Of a stretch of 64,000 nt of DNA, positions 50,801 through 61,396 are shown in pieces. Position numbers and translations under genes: made by a program. The notes below the pieces were generated by a model that worked only from the letters and a program-made list of their open reading frames with translations, made no database searches and had not been told where the DNA came from. The stretch spans positions 310,001 to 374,000 of the forward strand of contig JASANG010000266.1 in assembly GCA_030248215.1 (NCBI GenBank), read 5' to 3'. How positions within the stretch are numbered: position 1 is the stretch's first letter; each line of letters starts with the position of its first letter. This DNA comes from Enoplolaimus lenunculus (Eukaryota).

Positions 50801-53800
50801 AATACAAACACAAATTTAGCTGCATATTAAATGCTATAAAATGTTCTGAATTTCGAAGACATACATTTTCTGGTTAAAAATTAAGTACCAGACCTAACCC
50901 CAAACGTTGATTAAAAACTAAGTTACGCCAGTTAGTAAATTTCCCAAATTCAGTGATAAGCACTGCCCGTAAAATATGAGCACGTAAAATGTATTTCATA
51001 GCTTGGTGAACCGAAAACACAAAAGCCAAAATATAGCAACTGAGGGAGCCACTCACCTTGCCAACTTTTTAAAGTTTTACCACAGGCTTTACATTCTACA
51101 ACCGGACTCTGAAAGCAAAACATACATTGTGGACCACAGGCATTCAAACCGGAACAGGCACGGCGTTACTTTCACACGTTAGCATTTACAATTAATTGTA
51201 TGCTGCACAGCAGTCTATACATATACAATTACAAAAACGATGTACAATGGGCTGTGAAAATAATGCTTCGAACAATGTCAATACTAACATGGTGCAACCA
51301 GAATTCCAATTCCGATCAGAATTCCGATTCCGATTGCACAATCAATCGAAATCGGAATTTGGAAATTTTAATTTTACTCTTACTTGTTGAGATATGTTGC
51401 ATAAAAATACTCTCGATCCCAACATCCAAACACACAAAACTTTCGGTTTATTTAGAAAATAACAATCGCCGTATTAGAAAGTTGTTGTTAGCCAACAGAC
51501 ACCCTAAACCAGCCGTAGTGGGACTACATGTGCTGAGCGAAGCTCGAACACACGTACGTAAGCTAATATGCAAACTAGTTATTAGCTAACTATTCATTTA
51601 TTGGTTTTGGAGGTTTGTAAAGAATTTATTCAGATTCCTCGCACTCAAAAACCCTTCAGTAACACTAACATTTTGATAAATAATTTAAAAAGCCATTATT
51701 TAGGCTTATCAATTAAGCAAATTAGCTATTAGCTAACTATTCGATAATCGGTTTTGAAGGTTTGTAGACAATTTATTCAGATTCCTCGCGCCCAAAAACC
51801 TTCAGTAAACCTAAATAACTATTGAAATAATTTAAACAGATTTAGTTTTGTCTTGCCAATTAAGCCAATATGAGCTGACTATTCAGTTATTGGTTTTTGG
51901 AGGTTTGTAAACAATTTATTCAAATTCCTCGCACCTAAAAACCCTTTAGTGCTGAAATTATATTGCTTTTAACCTTAATAATTATTGAAATATTTTAAAA
52001 AGTCCTAATTTTGGCTTACAAACTATGCTAATATGCACTATTAGCTAACCACTCAATTATCGAATTTGGAGGTTTGTAAACAGTCTATGCAGATCCCTCG
52101 CACCCAAAAACCCATTAATGCTGAAATTAGATTGCTTGCAGCTGTAATAATTAATGAAATAATGTAGTGAGCATTATATATTAACTAGTACAAATTATCC
52201 GTATAGTCACAAAATTTGTAGTTCCGAATCCGGAATAAATTTGCTGTTCCGATTTCGATATAATGCAGCTCCGCTTTGCACACAAAATACATAATATCAA
52301 CAAGCAGAAAAAAGCTTAAAAAAGAATCACGGTCTTCTATTGTTGACATCAAGAAGCAGTTCCCTGAGATTAGTTAAAGTAGTTTTAAATCTTCAAACAT
52401 AAACAACTTGAACAACAGATGTACTGGCATGGCATCCCACAAAATGCTGCCATGGTTTAAATAAACTGCTTTAAAACACGTTCCATGATGTACCAGCACG
52501 CTGGTATGATACACAACACACGTGTGTATATACGAACTAGAATTGCACGCGACTTCTGGTCTGGGTGTCCGATTGTTCCGGGTATTTCCGCTAAAAGACT
52601 ACAAGTCTGGTTATGCTTTTTTAAATGCTACAACTCTTGGTGTTGCATCAGGGTCCGGGTATTTCGAGTAATTTGGCTGAAAATTAAGGGTAAGTGTTAT
52701 TTTCAATGTTGCTACTCTAGCACATACGACCTGATTTCAATACATTTCAAGAAACTACAGAAAATTCCTACCTTATTATTAGCCAACTGCGTGGGCGGCA
52801 CTGTACATTTAGGAACAAGTTGTGGTTGTTGTTGTTGTTGTAGTTGTTGTTGATGATGATGGTGGTGATGATGTTGCAACGGTTGTACCTGTGCTTTAAT
52901 AGTTTCTCGATGTTGCTGTGATATTGGTATGTATTGTGTACCGGCAATAGCAGTTGTACAAATAGCCTCTGTACCTAAGTAAGTTTGTGGTGATAAAAAC
53001 GGAGCTGCGACGTGCTTTGTATTGCGCCCGCCAACAATACTACTCTGTGCGCAGCCAGAGGCAAATGATTTATTGAGTCGAGAGTCCGCACTCAACGGTC
53101 GCCGTGGCATGGCAAGTTGCTCAGATCCATCTGATTTCCTAAATCCAGACTTAATGCTCAAACTGGTAGGACCAGTATGTACATTGCCTAGAGTTCTTGA
53201 GATGGTATTGATGGCATTAGTTTTGAGATCCGTTCTGTTTTCTTTAAATTCACAATTCACGTTGCTGTTCGTAACGAGGTCCGCCGATGCAGCTAACACT
53301 TTCGCAATACACTCGTCCGCTGTATTAACCGAGTTAGCTTGCTGGCCGTCCAATGTTGATGTTGGCTCTACTTTCATATTTTCGATTCCAGATTGTTCCT
53401 ATAACCAAAAAATATCACGTGGTTCAACTTATTTTATCAATAAAGTCAAAACTAGAAAAGAAGTTTTTTCTACAACAAAAGTTTTCAACTCAAAATATTA
53501 CGTACCAGTTTGGCCCGTTTGGCCTCGCTATTTCCAAACAAAAACTCAGACGACGAACCAATAGAGGCACCGTGAATATCACTGGGCGTGCTGACATCAG
53601 TTCCAAGGTTCGATTTCCGTTTAAACGTCACTTTATCTGTATTGTTAGTCAACGCAGCCAGCTTTGCTCTTAATTCAGCTGGACTTGGCCCGCGATTGTT
53701 GAGTGCAGCCGCAACAGCTGCAGCCCGATCTTCATCGTTTGCGGCAGCATTTGTCGTTGTACTTAGTATTCCGTTACTAGCACAAAGATCGAAACTATCA

Positions 53801-56800
53801 CGCGAATTATCACCCGATCGCGACAATCGTGTTGTTGATTTGACACTGTCGCTTATAGTATGATCTGTACCAATCTTGCCAGGTATTGTACGACTGGTTA
53901 CTGCACTTCCCAGCTTTCGGCCACGGCCCGATTTAAGTGGGTTGCTCTTGTTAGCGTCCCTGGTACTGGTACCGCTTTTTTCGCGAACAGATTTCTCTCG
54001 CTTTGGTTTTCTGCTGTCAACCCACGTCTAAAAACACGATAAAACGTTCCATACAGTATTTACGATATATACTTAGCAATACAGAATGCTTGTTCCCTCG
54101 ATATTAGGAGAAACGAACTTCTGACGACTCTTATTCCGTATAAAAAAGAACCAAAGTTTCGTCGATTATCATTACTAATGAAATATATTTTTCAATATTT
54201 TGTATTTTGGCATGAATATTGTAGTTAACTACCGGGGACTGACGAAGCAAGTATTTGAGAAGTTTTGATAATATACTGGTTTGCAATGCGACTGTGGCGC
54301 TATGAGATTTCTCACCAAAACCAGCGTGCAGTGTGCATATAACAACTAGTTTTGACGCCTACTTCCAACTCCGAATATGACTTGAAGGAGTAGAATGCAA
54401 ATTCATCAACAACGCGTTCCACTGGATCAGGAATTGTGACCGAATCACTGGATGCGGCGGTCAGAAATGATTTATCATTAGAAATATTTTTCACGTCTTC
54501 CAACATTTCTAAAAATTGAAAAAATAGCCGCCAGTTAACCAACCAATATGTGACCATGGTCACTGCGTTCTGCGGTGCGCGGTACAATGTATAATCAAAA
54601 TTTAACAAAAACAACGATAACCAACTTAAACATTAATCCACCATATATAACAGATTGTCAAAAGCAAAACTATCTGCGACACAAAACTGTTTGAATAAAT
54701 TGTAATTCAGTTGAATTAATACACGGTATCATCCTGTATTACCCCAAATGCGCATATATTAAAAAGCTATATAATAGCTTCTCGGGGTGGGGCAGTAAGT
54801 GGTGAGGTACGTTTAACTTACCTAATTTTAATGCAGATCCATTCGTTTTTTCGACACAAAATACATCTTCGTGATTCATAGGTAGTTCAGCGGTAGCATT
54901 TATAAAACTTGAATTATGATTTGCGTCAAGAATATTTAACTCTTCGCTACAGCAGTCACTTCGGTCCTAAAAACTTATCCAAACACAAAATATGTCGAGC
55001 ATCACCATCGTCGATCCGTGTTAATATGACGCTTGGAGGCGGGGGCATCAAAAGTTCGTATTCGATTGCAGATTTGGCAAAAATTGAACGTTCGACATCG
55101 GATTCTATTTTGAAAAATCCGAATGAAACAAGGTTGGGAAGCAACTTCTTGTTTTTTTAAATTGCGTGTGAACCGACAATCAATTTTCTGAAACTTTTAG
55201 CACTTGCGTTTATGGACCTCAATTCAAGTTTTTGTTTGGTGCCGCCCTGCTATGACGTACTATCAAGCTGCAATCAAGTACAGAAAGGGAGATCGACAGC
55301 AAAAATCATAAGGTACCTATAAAATTGTACAAAACAATAAGGTTAAAAATCTTCTACCATGTCTTCAGAATTCTTTATTTTTTGTTCGCAACTAATTTAT
55401 GATGTCTATAGTACACCGTGTCTGACTCGACTCCGTTTAGATGAAACAATGCTAACCTGCATTTCTTCAACACTTTTGAAACTAATAAACGTAACATCAT
55501 CGATAGTTAGTTGACTGCCGGCAGAAAACGAGTCCCAATTATTATTGTCTACTGAATCATTATTCGTTCTCAGATGTTTCAATTCGTTATAGCAAGGTCG
55601 TCGTTTACTCATAAAACAGCCATCTTTGTTGCCAGACAATTTTTTATCTAAATTGATTATGGTCCATTAAGCTTTATCACACGTGATAACGCAAAAAATG
55701 ACAACAGTTAAAAACCTAAGTATGTACATTTGAATTTAGCAAATGATGGCTTAATTTAATAAGTCAATGTTAGTACAATATTGAATTTTTTTCTATCGAA
55801 TTCATTATACACCAAGAAGAAACGTTTGACAAAATTTATGTACAGATGGAGCAAGAACATATGTAGCAAACTTATGACCATGCGCTACTTACATCGCGAT
55901 CTCTCGTAAGCGCTATTGCTCATGACCGTAAGGACGTGTACAGTTAATCACCATTTTAATACGCAGATACGCACGTAGTAATTGCACCTTTGTGGTCTTT
56001 GCTTACAATGTAAAGAAATTGAAAGACTAGCCAGAATTTACCTGCTTGGTTTTTTCTACATAGCCTGCCAGCAGTAGATGCGCTGCATTTAGAGGTTAAA
56101 GGACAGTCTGAACTATCGGTCCGATGGTCGCCATCATCTAGTTCAGTTCCATTTAACTCTTCACTGCCACATTCACTGCGTTCCTGAAACAAATATGTAC
56201 ACTGCCATTACGTAATTGTTTAAAGTCCAGTACAAGCTATACATGGCTGACATTTCGCTAGCCGAATATCAGATGGTTGGGCAGGGATGAGTGGTCTCGG
56301 TTAAAAACCGAGCTCGAGACTGAGCCTAAACCTGGCTACCGAGATCGGCCATGCAATGTCTCGGTCTCGGTTAATTTTTGGTCATCACCGAGAAAATTGC
56401 AATTTTAAAAATAAATTATTTCTAATCTGTTTTTCGTAATTTTTTGGGTTTTTCATAGTTTTTGAATTTTTTCAGAATAAATATGTGCTCATAATTATTG
56501 CGTAACTATGAAAATTTATCGATTCATAGTGAAATTGTATTCATAAGGCAAGGCATCACTTGCTGCAACAATACAGACGACACATTTGCTAAATCCTCGA
56601 CTTCTGTTCTCGGTTCCAAACCACCGAAACTCAAAAAACAAAGACCGAAACCTGCCAAATACCAAGATTTGGCGAGACCGAGACTCCCATCCCTGTGGCC
56701 GGGGGTGTTTTTAGAGGTGTCTCCAAGTACAATACGGGAAAATTCGATGTGTCTGGTTACAGGTGGTCCAAATTCTTTTTCCCCTTTCCGAGTGCGGATG

Positions 56801-57776
56801 GGGTGTCCATGTGATGATTTACTGAGTGGGAAAATGACGGTATGGCGGCCCACGTGTAAAACATCAACGTGCCCTTTACGTCCTATTTTTATGGGAGACT
56901 TCTCCTGGTTAAACTTGGAGAAAACCTGAAAATTTTTAAAGAGAGTGTGGCGCGATTCCCATGTATGCTAGCCTTTAATATGAAACAATTAAACGACATT
57001 TTCAGTTGGAAAATGCTCCCAGAAGTGTATTCGCGCGCTACAATCTATATTATCAGCTCGTTATAAACGTTTTCAACGTGTATAGTGGAGAGGCATTTAT
57101 CAAGGGGCCAACCAAAAGTCGGGGCTTGGCTGTATGTGTAGGCCCAAATTCACTACGGAAAGCCCGGTATACATACAGCAAAATCTTAGTATTAAGATCA
57201 TAGCAGTTCTGACTAAGAATCTGCTCACAAACTGAAAAGTACATTCTGTTTTGCGAGCATGACGCACATTGTTTACGTTTAGTTAGCTTTATTATACTTA
57301 GTTGCTGCAGACACCTTTGAGAATTCGGACATCACGACGTCCTAAGATAAACTTGCTTCATTAGTCGCCGTTGAATTGGAAGCTTCCGTCGCATCGAAAT
57401 CATAAATCGACACATCTCGCATGCTTGTAGATGGGAACATTGGATTGTTAGCACTAGTACTAGCAGCAATCGGTGCATAAAGTCGAGGTTTAACATCACA
57501 TCCATTAGTCGTGGCGCCAGATGTTGAAGAATTTGCATCTGCATCGAATACATCACTTTTACCACGAGCTTCACTGGATATTGGCGAACTGTCTAATCGT
57601 GCTTTAGCCAGTTTATCCTCTACGTCTTCCGCAGGCTCGTTAACCGCGGAACATTGTTTCAACAGTTTTTTCTTTCTTCTTCCTCTTGGTGCCCCTTGTT
57701 TTGGCTTTGTTAAAATATTTAAACTTTCACTGCTGTCATCGCCCGAAATAATCGGTTCCTTGCCTTCTTCGTTCAT
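40177..57776 (-). CDS. AUTS2: AUTS2/FBRSL1/Tay-family (tay bridge-like) nuclear protein gene, 20 coding exons, ~2380 aa, Gln/His-rich
   Basis: Exons in transcript order: 57776-57357, 56183-56042, 55647-55457, 54966-54822, 54508-54363, 54027-53506, 53398-52772, 51108-51057, 50279-50198, 49827-49676, 49294-48695, 48415-48162, 47812-47540, 47147-46189, 45598-45384, 44957-44853, 44441-44290, 42900-42819, 42681-42310, 41828-40177. Phases are consistent; total 7143 nt. Family motifs: KRGRWCAMHVQIAWEL (AUTS2-type KPGKWCAMHVHIAWQI) and VVDEFAFYSFKSYSELE (AUTS2/Tay-type IDGFAxxSFxTxExLE). The symbol denotes the family, not a resolved ortholog. Confidence 0.85.
42310..42681 (-). CDS. AUTS2: AUTS2-like exon 19 (polyQ)
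   Basis: PolyQ ORF 42272-42649 bounded by tatag and gtatga. Confidence 0.82.
42819..42900 (-). CDS. AUTS2: AUTS2-like exon 18
   Basis: HISEDHGEPQQSLY...HSRIL|gtacgt; needed for phase 0 to 1. Confidence 0.72.
43122..43500. mobile_element. hAT-type MITE (CCGGAA subterminal repeats)
   Basis: TIR cagggtgcaaccggaatt/aattccggttgcaccctg; perfect 8-bp TSD CCGGGAGC. Confidence 0.92.
44290..44441 (-). CDS. AUTS2: AUTS2-like exon 17
   Basis: GCTLPLTSASS...KQSPVRQ|gtcagt. Confidence 0.78.
44853..44957 (-). CDS. AUTS2: AUTS2-like exon 16
   Basis: GHAVPHVSKHQ...SHDSYQRE|gtaatt; phase 1 to 1, so it could be skipped in frame. Confidence 0.65.
45384..45598 (-). CDS. AUTS2: AUTS2-like exon 15
   Basis: SQTFVNTSLTKHHFHQR...YPGGT|gtaaaa. 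Confidence 0.82.
46189..47147 (-). CDS. AUTS2: AUTS2-like exon 14 (family core motif)
   Basis: Starts KRGRWCAMHVQIAWELSKRQ; donor gtaagt. Confidence 0.92.
47213..47388. repeat. Tandem duplication, 88-bp unit x2 (AUTS2-like intron 13)
   Basis: Two near-identical copies. Confidence 0.92.
47540..47812 (-). CDS. AUTS2: AUTS2-like exon 13
   Basis: TSEKRPVIASQMQFEP...SSAPNK|gtttgt. Confidence 0.83.
48162..48415 (-). CDS. AUTS2: AUTS2-like exon 12
   Basis: LPTSTSASYTP...ADRSLS|gtatgt. Confidence 0.82.
48695..49294 (-). CDS. AUTS2: AUTS2-like exon 11
   Basis: Q/H/Y-rich open frame; donor gtaagt. Confidence 0.85.
49676..49827 (-). CDS. AUTS2: AUTS2-like exon 10
   Basis: GHYKQHGYPYHSQQTHQQH...KPMA|gtaaat. 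Confidence 0.8.
50198..50279 (-). CDS. AUTS2: AUTS2-like exon 9 (second CxxC)
   Basis: ttttacag|VTASGSLICSYCGAP...LST|gtaagg. Confidence 0.78.
51057..51108 (-). CDS. AUTS2: AUTS2-like exon 8 (first CxxC)
   Basis: tttcag|SPVVECKACGKTLKSWQ|gtgagt. Confidence 0.78.
51507..52165 (-). mobile_element. HINE-like element, 3' portion
   Basis: Hairpin gtagtgggactac, subTIR agcgaagctcg and about four central units. Confidence 0.78.
52772..53398 (-). CDS. AUTS2: AUTS2-like exon 7
   Basis: EQSGIENMKVEP...HHHHHHQQQ...LANNK|gtagga. Confidence 0.85.
53506..54027 (-). CDS. AUTS2: AUTS2-like exon 6
   Basis: TWVDSRKPKREK...NSEAKRAKL|gtacgt. Confidence 0.85.
54363..54508 (-). CDS. AUTS2: AUTS2-like exon 5
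   Basis: Ends ERVVDEFAFYSFKSYSELE|gtaggc (family motif). Confidence 0.85.
54822..54966 (-). CDS. AUTS2: AUTS2-like exon 4
   Basis: tttttag|DRSDCCSEELN...GSALKL|gtaagt; not in the ORF track. Confidence 0.72.
55457..55647 (-). CDS. AUTS2: AUTS2-like exon 3
   Basis: Ends TIDDVTFISFKSVEEMQ|gttagc. Confidence 0.75.
56042..56183 (-). CDS. AUTS2: AUTS2-like exon 2
   Basis: tttcag|ERSECGSEELN...RKNQA|gtaaat. Confidence 0.75.
56282..56695. mobile_element. hAT-type MITE with GTCTCG subterminal repeats
   Basis: cagggatg/catccctg ends; TSD TGGTTGGG/TGGCCGGG (6/8); related pieces at ~59325-59453 and ~59713-60993. Confidence 0.75.
57357..57776 (-). CDS. AUTS2: AUTS2-like coding exon 1
   Basis: MNEEGKEP...PRGRRKKK (NLS-like); acceptor ttaccag 5 nt upstream of the ATG; ends at a GC donor gcaagt. 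Confidence 0.75.
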
Positions 57777-58279
57777 AACTTCTGGTAAAAATTGCAGAAC
57801 GCAACAGAAACATACATCTGATCCTTCGTCCAATAACTAGATGTCTTTAAACCCATAAATTTCATTCTCACTATTTTATTAAACATATAAACTTTATACG
57901 TACGTATATATACAAAAACAACAGTTTTCAATATATACAACAAATGGTCCTATATATACCTAAGCTGCGATATTCTACAATATGACTGAGTTGTGTCCCA
58001 TTATTGCAGTAGTCGCAGAACTGTCAACGCTAATAGACAAAATTATCCGACAGCACATATTTTGCCACAGGATAAAAGAAACTGAATTATTGACGAACCT
58101 GAATTCAAAAACAATTTTCGCCAAAGCATCGCACTTTGCTACTTACACCAAAATCCATTTTGAACTTTTTCAAATGCTAAGTTTATGAATTTACAGATGC
58201 TTCAGGGCACCAGCCTATTTGCAGGTATTTTTTAATCTGTTCTGGAAATCGAGGGGTTGAGTTCGCTCGTGTACTCAAA

Positions 58280-58680
58280 ATTATAACACCCTTCTGATCT
58301 GAATCAACATTACTAACACAACAGAAAAGAAAGCGTAACGAAATGCGTCGGACCTGCTAATTAAGGAGCAGAAGAATCTCTCATTACCAATCAAGGAAAA
58401 CAAAAACCTTAAATTATAACACTCATCTGATCTGAGTCGACATAACAAACAAGTCAGAGAAAGAAAAGCTAACGAAATACACAGGTCTTGCTAACCAAGA
58501 CAGTAAACTCTGACTACCCAAAAACAAACCCCACCAATAACTAGAACACCCTTCTAATTTGAGTCGATATCACTTCGCCATTATATACTAATAGGACAGA
58601 AAGGCAAGCGCAACCGAATACGCCGGACCTGCTAATCAAGAAGAAGAGTAAACTCGCAGTACCAATGAAAACAAACCTTC
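58280..58680. repeat. Three diverged ~130-bp tandem units
   Basis: Repeated aacacccttctgatctga...cagaaa...ggacctgctaat blocks. Confidence 0.7.
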
Positions 58681-58682
58681 CG

Positions 58683-59290
58683 TAAAACATGTTGTAGTAA
58701 AACTACATGTACGTTTTGAGCGAAGCTCGTATATACTTGTGAAATAACTTAAAAAGTGCCAATTTAGGCTTTACTAAATAAGCTAATATGCAAATTAACT
58801 ATTAGCCAACTATTCAACTCTCAGTCTTCGAGGTTTATAAACAATTTATTCCGATTTATTTCTCACACCCAAAAACCCTTTAGTACTGAATTTGTTGTAA
58901 CCCTAATAATCAGTGAAATAATATAAAAAGTCATAATTTTAGCTTAACTAATTAAGCTAATAGCAAATTAAACTAATAGCTAACTATTTAATTATCGGTC
59001 ATAAAGGTTTGTAAACCATTTATTGAGCCAAGCAAAACTGTGAGCGAAGCTCGGAGTTTCGCGATGCGTTTTATATTTTGTGCTTTGCGGTCGAAAGTCG
59101 GAGGTCCGTCCATCCGTCCGAAAAAATCTCAGGAACTGTTGAACCGATTTTGGTAAACTTTGTTTGAAAGTTTTTTATCCTGGCGTGTTAACCTCTCATT
59201 GGGGTTTTAAAACTTTAAACAGTTTATTAGCTACAGGCTAATTTGCATACTTGGTAAATCCTAAATCAGGACTTTTTACTGTATTTCAGT
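58683..59290. mobile_element. Two HINE-like half elements in opposite orientation
   Basis: 3' half on minus (~58683-59025) abuts a 5' half on plus (~59040-59290). Confidence 0.7.
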
Positions 59291-59833
59291 AATTATTACA
59301 GTTATATGCAAGTATATAATAATGGTTAAAAATTGACCGAGATCGAGACCAAAAGTCTCGGTCTCGGTAGGTTGGGTCTGAATCTCGGTCTCAATCTACA
59401 TCTCGGTCTCGATCAACATCTCGGTCTCGCTTGACAGAGACCGCCCATCCCTGCTCACTATCAAAGAAAACAAGTCCAGTAGAAATTGTAACACCTTTTT
59501 GATCAGAGCCGACATTACTACCAAGACAGAAAAAAAGCCGTAGCTCCGATGCACAGAGATGCTGTCTTAAAATCTGCATTACTCCAAAATCTAGCCTGCT
59601 CCTATTATCTTCATTTGACCATACAACAGTTGAGTCTAGCAGCGCTGCAACAGAGAATTCGCATATAGAGAAAATTGTAATCTCATTATGCTTCCGTACT
59701 GATATCGGTTGCCAGGGATGGGCGGTCTCGGTCTCGGCAAGTTTCGGGATTTAAATGGTCTCGGCCTCACTTTTTTCAGTCTTACTGGTTTGCAAATCGA
59801 GACGAAAGAGGTGAAAAAGCAATAAGCAATCAC

Positions 59834-60460
59834 AACCAGTCGTAGTGGGACTACATTTATTAAGCGAAGCTCGAACGCACGTAAGCAATTAAGCTAATAT
59901 GCAAATTAGTTATTAGCTAACTATTCAATTATCGGTTTTGGAGGTTTGTAAACAATTTATTCAGATTCTTCGCACCCAAAAACCTTCAGTAAACCCTAAT
60001 AATTATTGAAATAATTTAAAAAGTCCTAATTTAGGCTTATAAACTATGTTAATATCCAAATTATCTATTAGCTAACTGCTCAATTATCGGTTTTGGAGGT
60101 TTGTAAACAGTCTACGCAGATTCCTCGCACCCAAAAACCCTTTAACGCTAAAATTAGATTGCTTCTAACTGTAATAATTAGTAAAATATTGTGGAAAGTC
60201 CTAATTTAGGCTAAATTAATTATGCAAATTAGCCTGTAGCTAATAAACGGCTTAAAATTTTAAAACCCTAATGCGAGGTTAACACCCCACAATAATTGGC
60301 TTTGAAACAAAAAAAGTTTATCAAAATCGGTTCAGCCGTTCCTGAGATTCTTTTCGGACGGACAGACGGACGGACGGACATCCACCTTTCGACCCCCAAG
60401 TACAAAACATAAAACGCTTCGCAAAACTCCGAGCTTCGCTCGGAGTTTCGCTTCGCTCAA
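59834..60460 (-). mobile_element. DINE-1/HINE-like element, apparently full length
   Basis: Reverse complement of the 35754-36299 family; perfect hairpin GTAGT-GGG-ACTAC; (GGAC)n tract. Confidence 0.82.
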
Positions 60461-60995
60461 AAATTATTCTTGGATCGCAGCTTCAACCCGGAAGCACAAG
60501 CGCATTACACCTAACGACACAAATAGCGAATGATTGTGGAGCACCGCTAAATGACCCCCGGTTACCCAAAATTCTATTTATGAAAGGAGACCCAAAACAC
60601 TGATTTTATTGCGACAACGCACAAATAGCTGCCATTTTCGCGATTAAAACATTTATACAAGGCATCGAGTGAAAAATTATGGCTTACCCGCATTTATAAC
60701 GTCTATGCTATGTTAAAAAATTCCCCAGTCGATTCGGTTTGCCCAGGAGCAAAAACAACACTATATCTCTGAACTGGAATTTGACATGTGGGAACAGCAG
60801 CCAAGTGAAAAATAACGTAAAAAAATAACGTTTGTCGGCGATTTATTAGTTTAATGTTAAAGCTTTGTTAAAAACATATTTTTATTTTCGGCAACGATTA
60901 ATAATTGACCGAGACCATGAGCAAAAATCTCGATCTCGGTAGGTTGGGTCTCGGTCTCGGCCTAGCTTTTTTCACCGAGACCACCGATTTCTGCA

Positions 60996-61120
60996 TGTCA
61001 GTCTAGATAGAAGTCGGGACTTGAGAACTTTTTGAACTAAGCAGATGGAAAAGCGGGTTACGGGTGGTTTCGAACTAGCTATCTACAGATTATAAGGCGA
61101 ACACTATACCACTGCGCAAA
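60996..61120 (-). mobile_element. 3' part of an LTR of the 3464-4186 family (tRNA-like part plus U5-like end)
   Basis: tgtcagtctagatagaagtcgggac...actaagcagatggaaaagcggg...ttcgaact...accactgcgc aligns with 3885-4005. Confidence 0.7.
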
Positions 61121-61128
61121 CGACTAAT

Positions 61129-61225
61129 TGTAAGTGTATACGTGATGCTTGTCCGTTATGTGCGCATGAAATATAGTGCAGTGCACTGTGTCGGAAGTTC
61201 ACGAACGACCGTAGCTAGACTGACA
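61129..61225 (+). mobile_element. Internally deleted solo LTR of the same family
   Basis: TGTAAG...gcttgtccgttatgtg...tatagtgcagtgcactg...CTGACA; flanks CTAAT/CTAGT (4/5 TSD). Confidence 0.7.
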
Positions 61226-61396
61226 CTAGTCATGTAAATATGCGGAATTATCTCAGGAACACTGTTTTAAGCTGAGTAAATAAGGGTGCACCGTGAATCT
61301 GTACAAATCTTTGTTATGCATCGCCACCCATCCTAGTATTTGATCGTAGAATACGCTACAAGTTTGACTATTTATACAATTGTATTTTCTTGCAGC

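Noticed and set aside
54970..55320. Extra exon or relic copy of exon 1 in AUTS2-like intron 3
   Set aside because: Every acceptor tried hits a stop; similarity to exon 1 is not convincing
40904..57840. Plus-strand ORFs overlapping the AUTS2-like exons (e.g. 41343-41768, 48737-49306, 53022-53564)
   Set aside because: Antisense shadows of Q/A-rich coding exons
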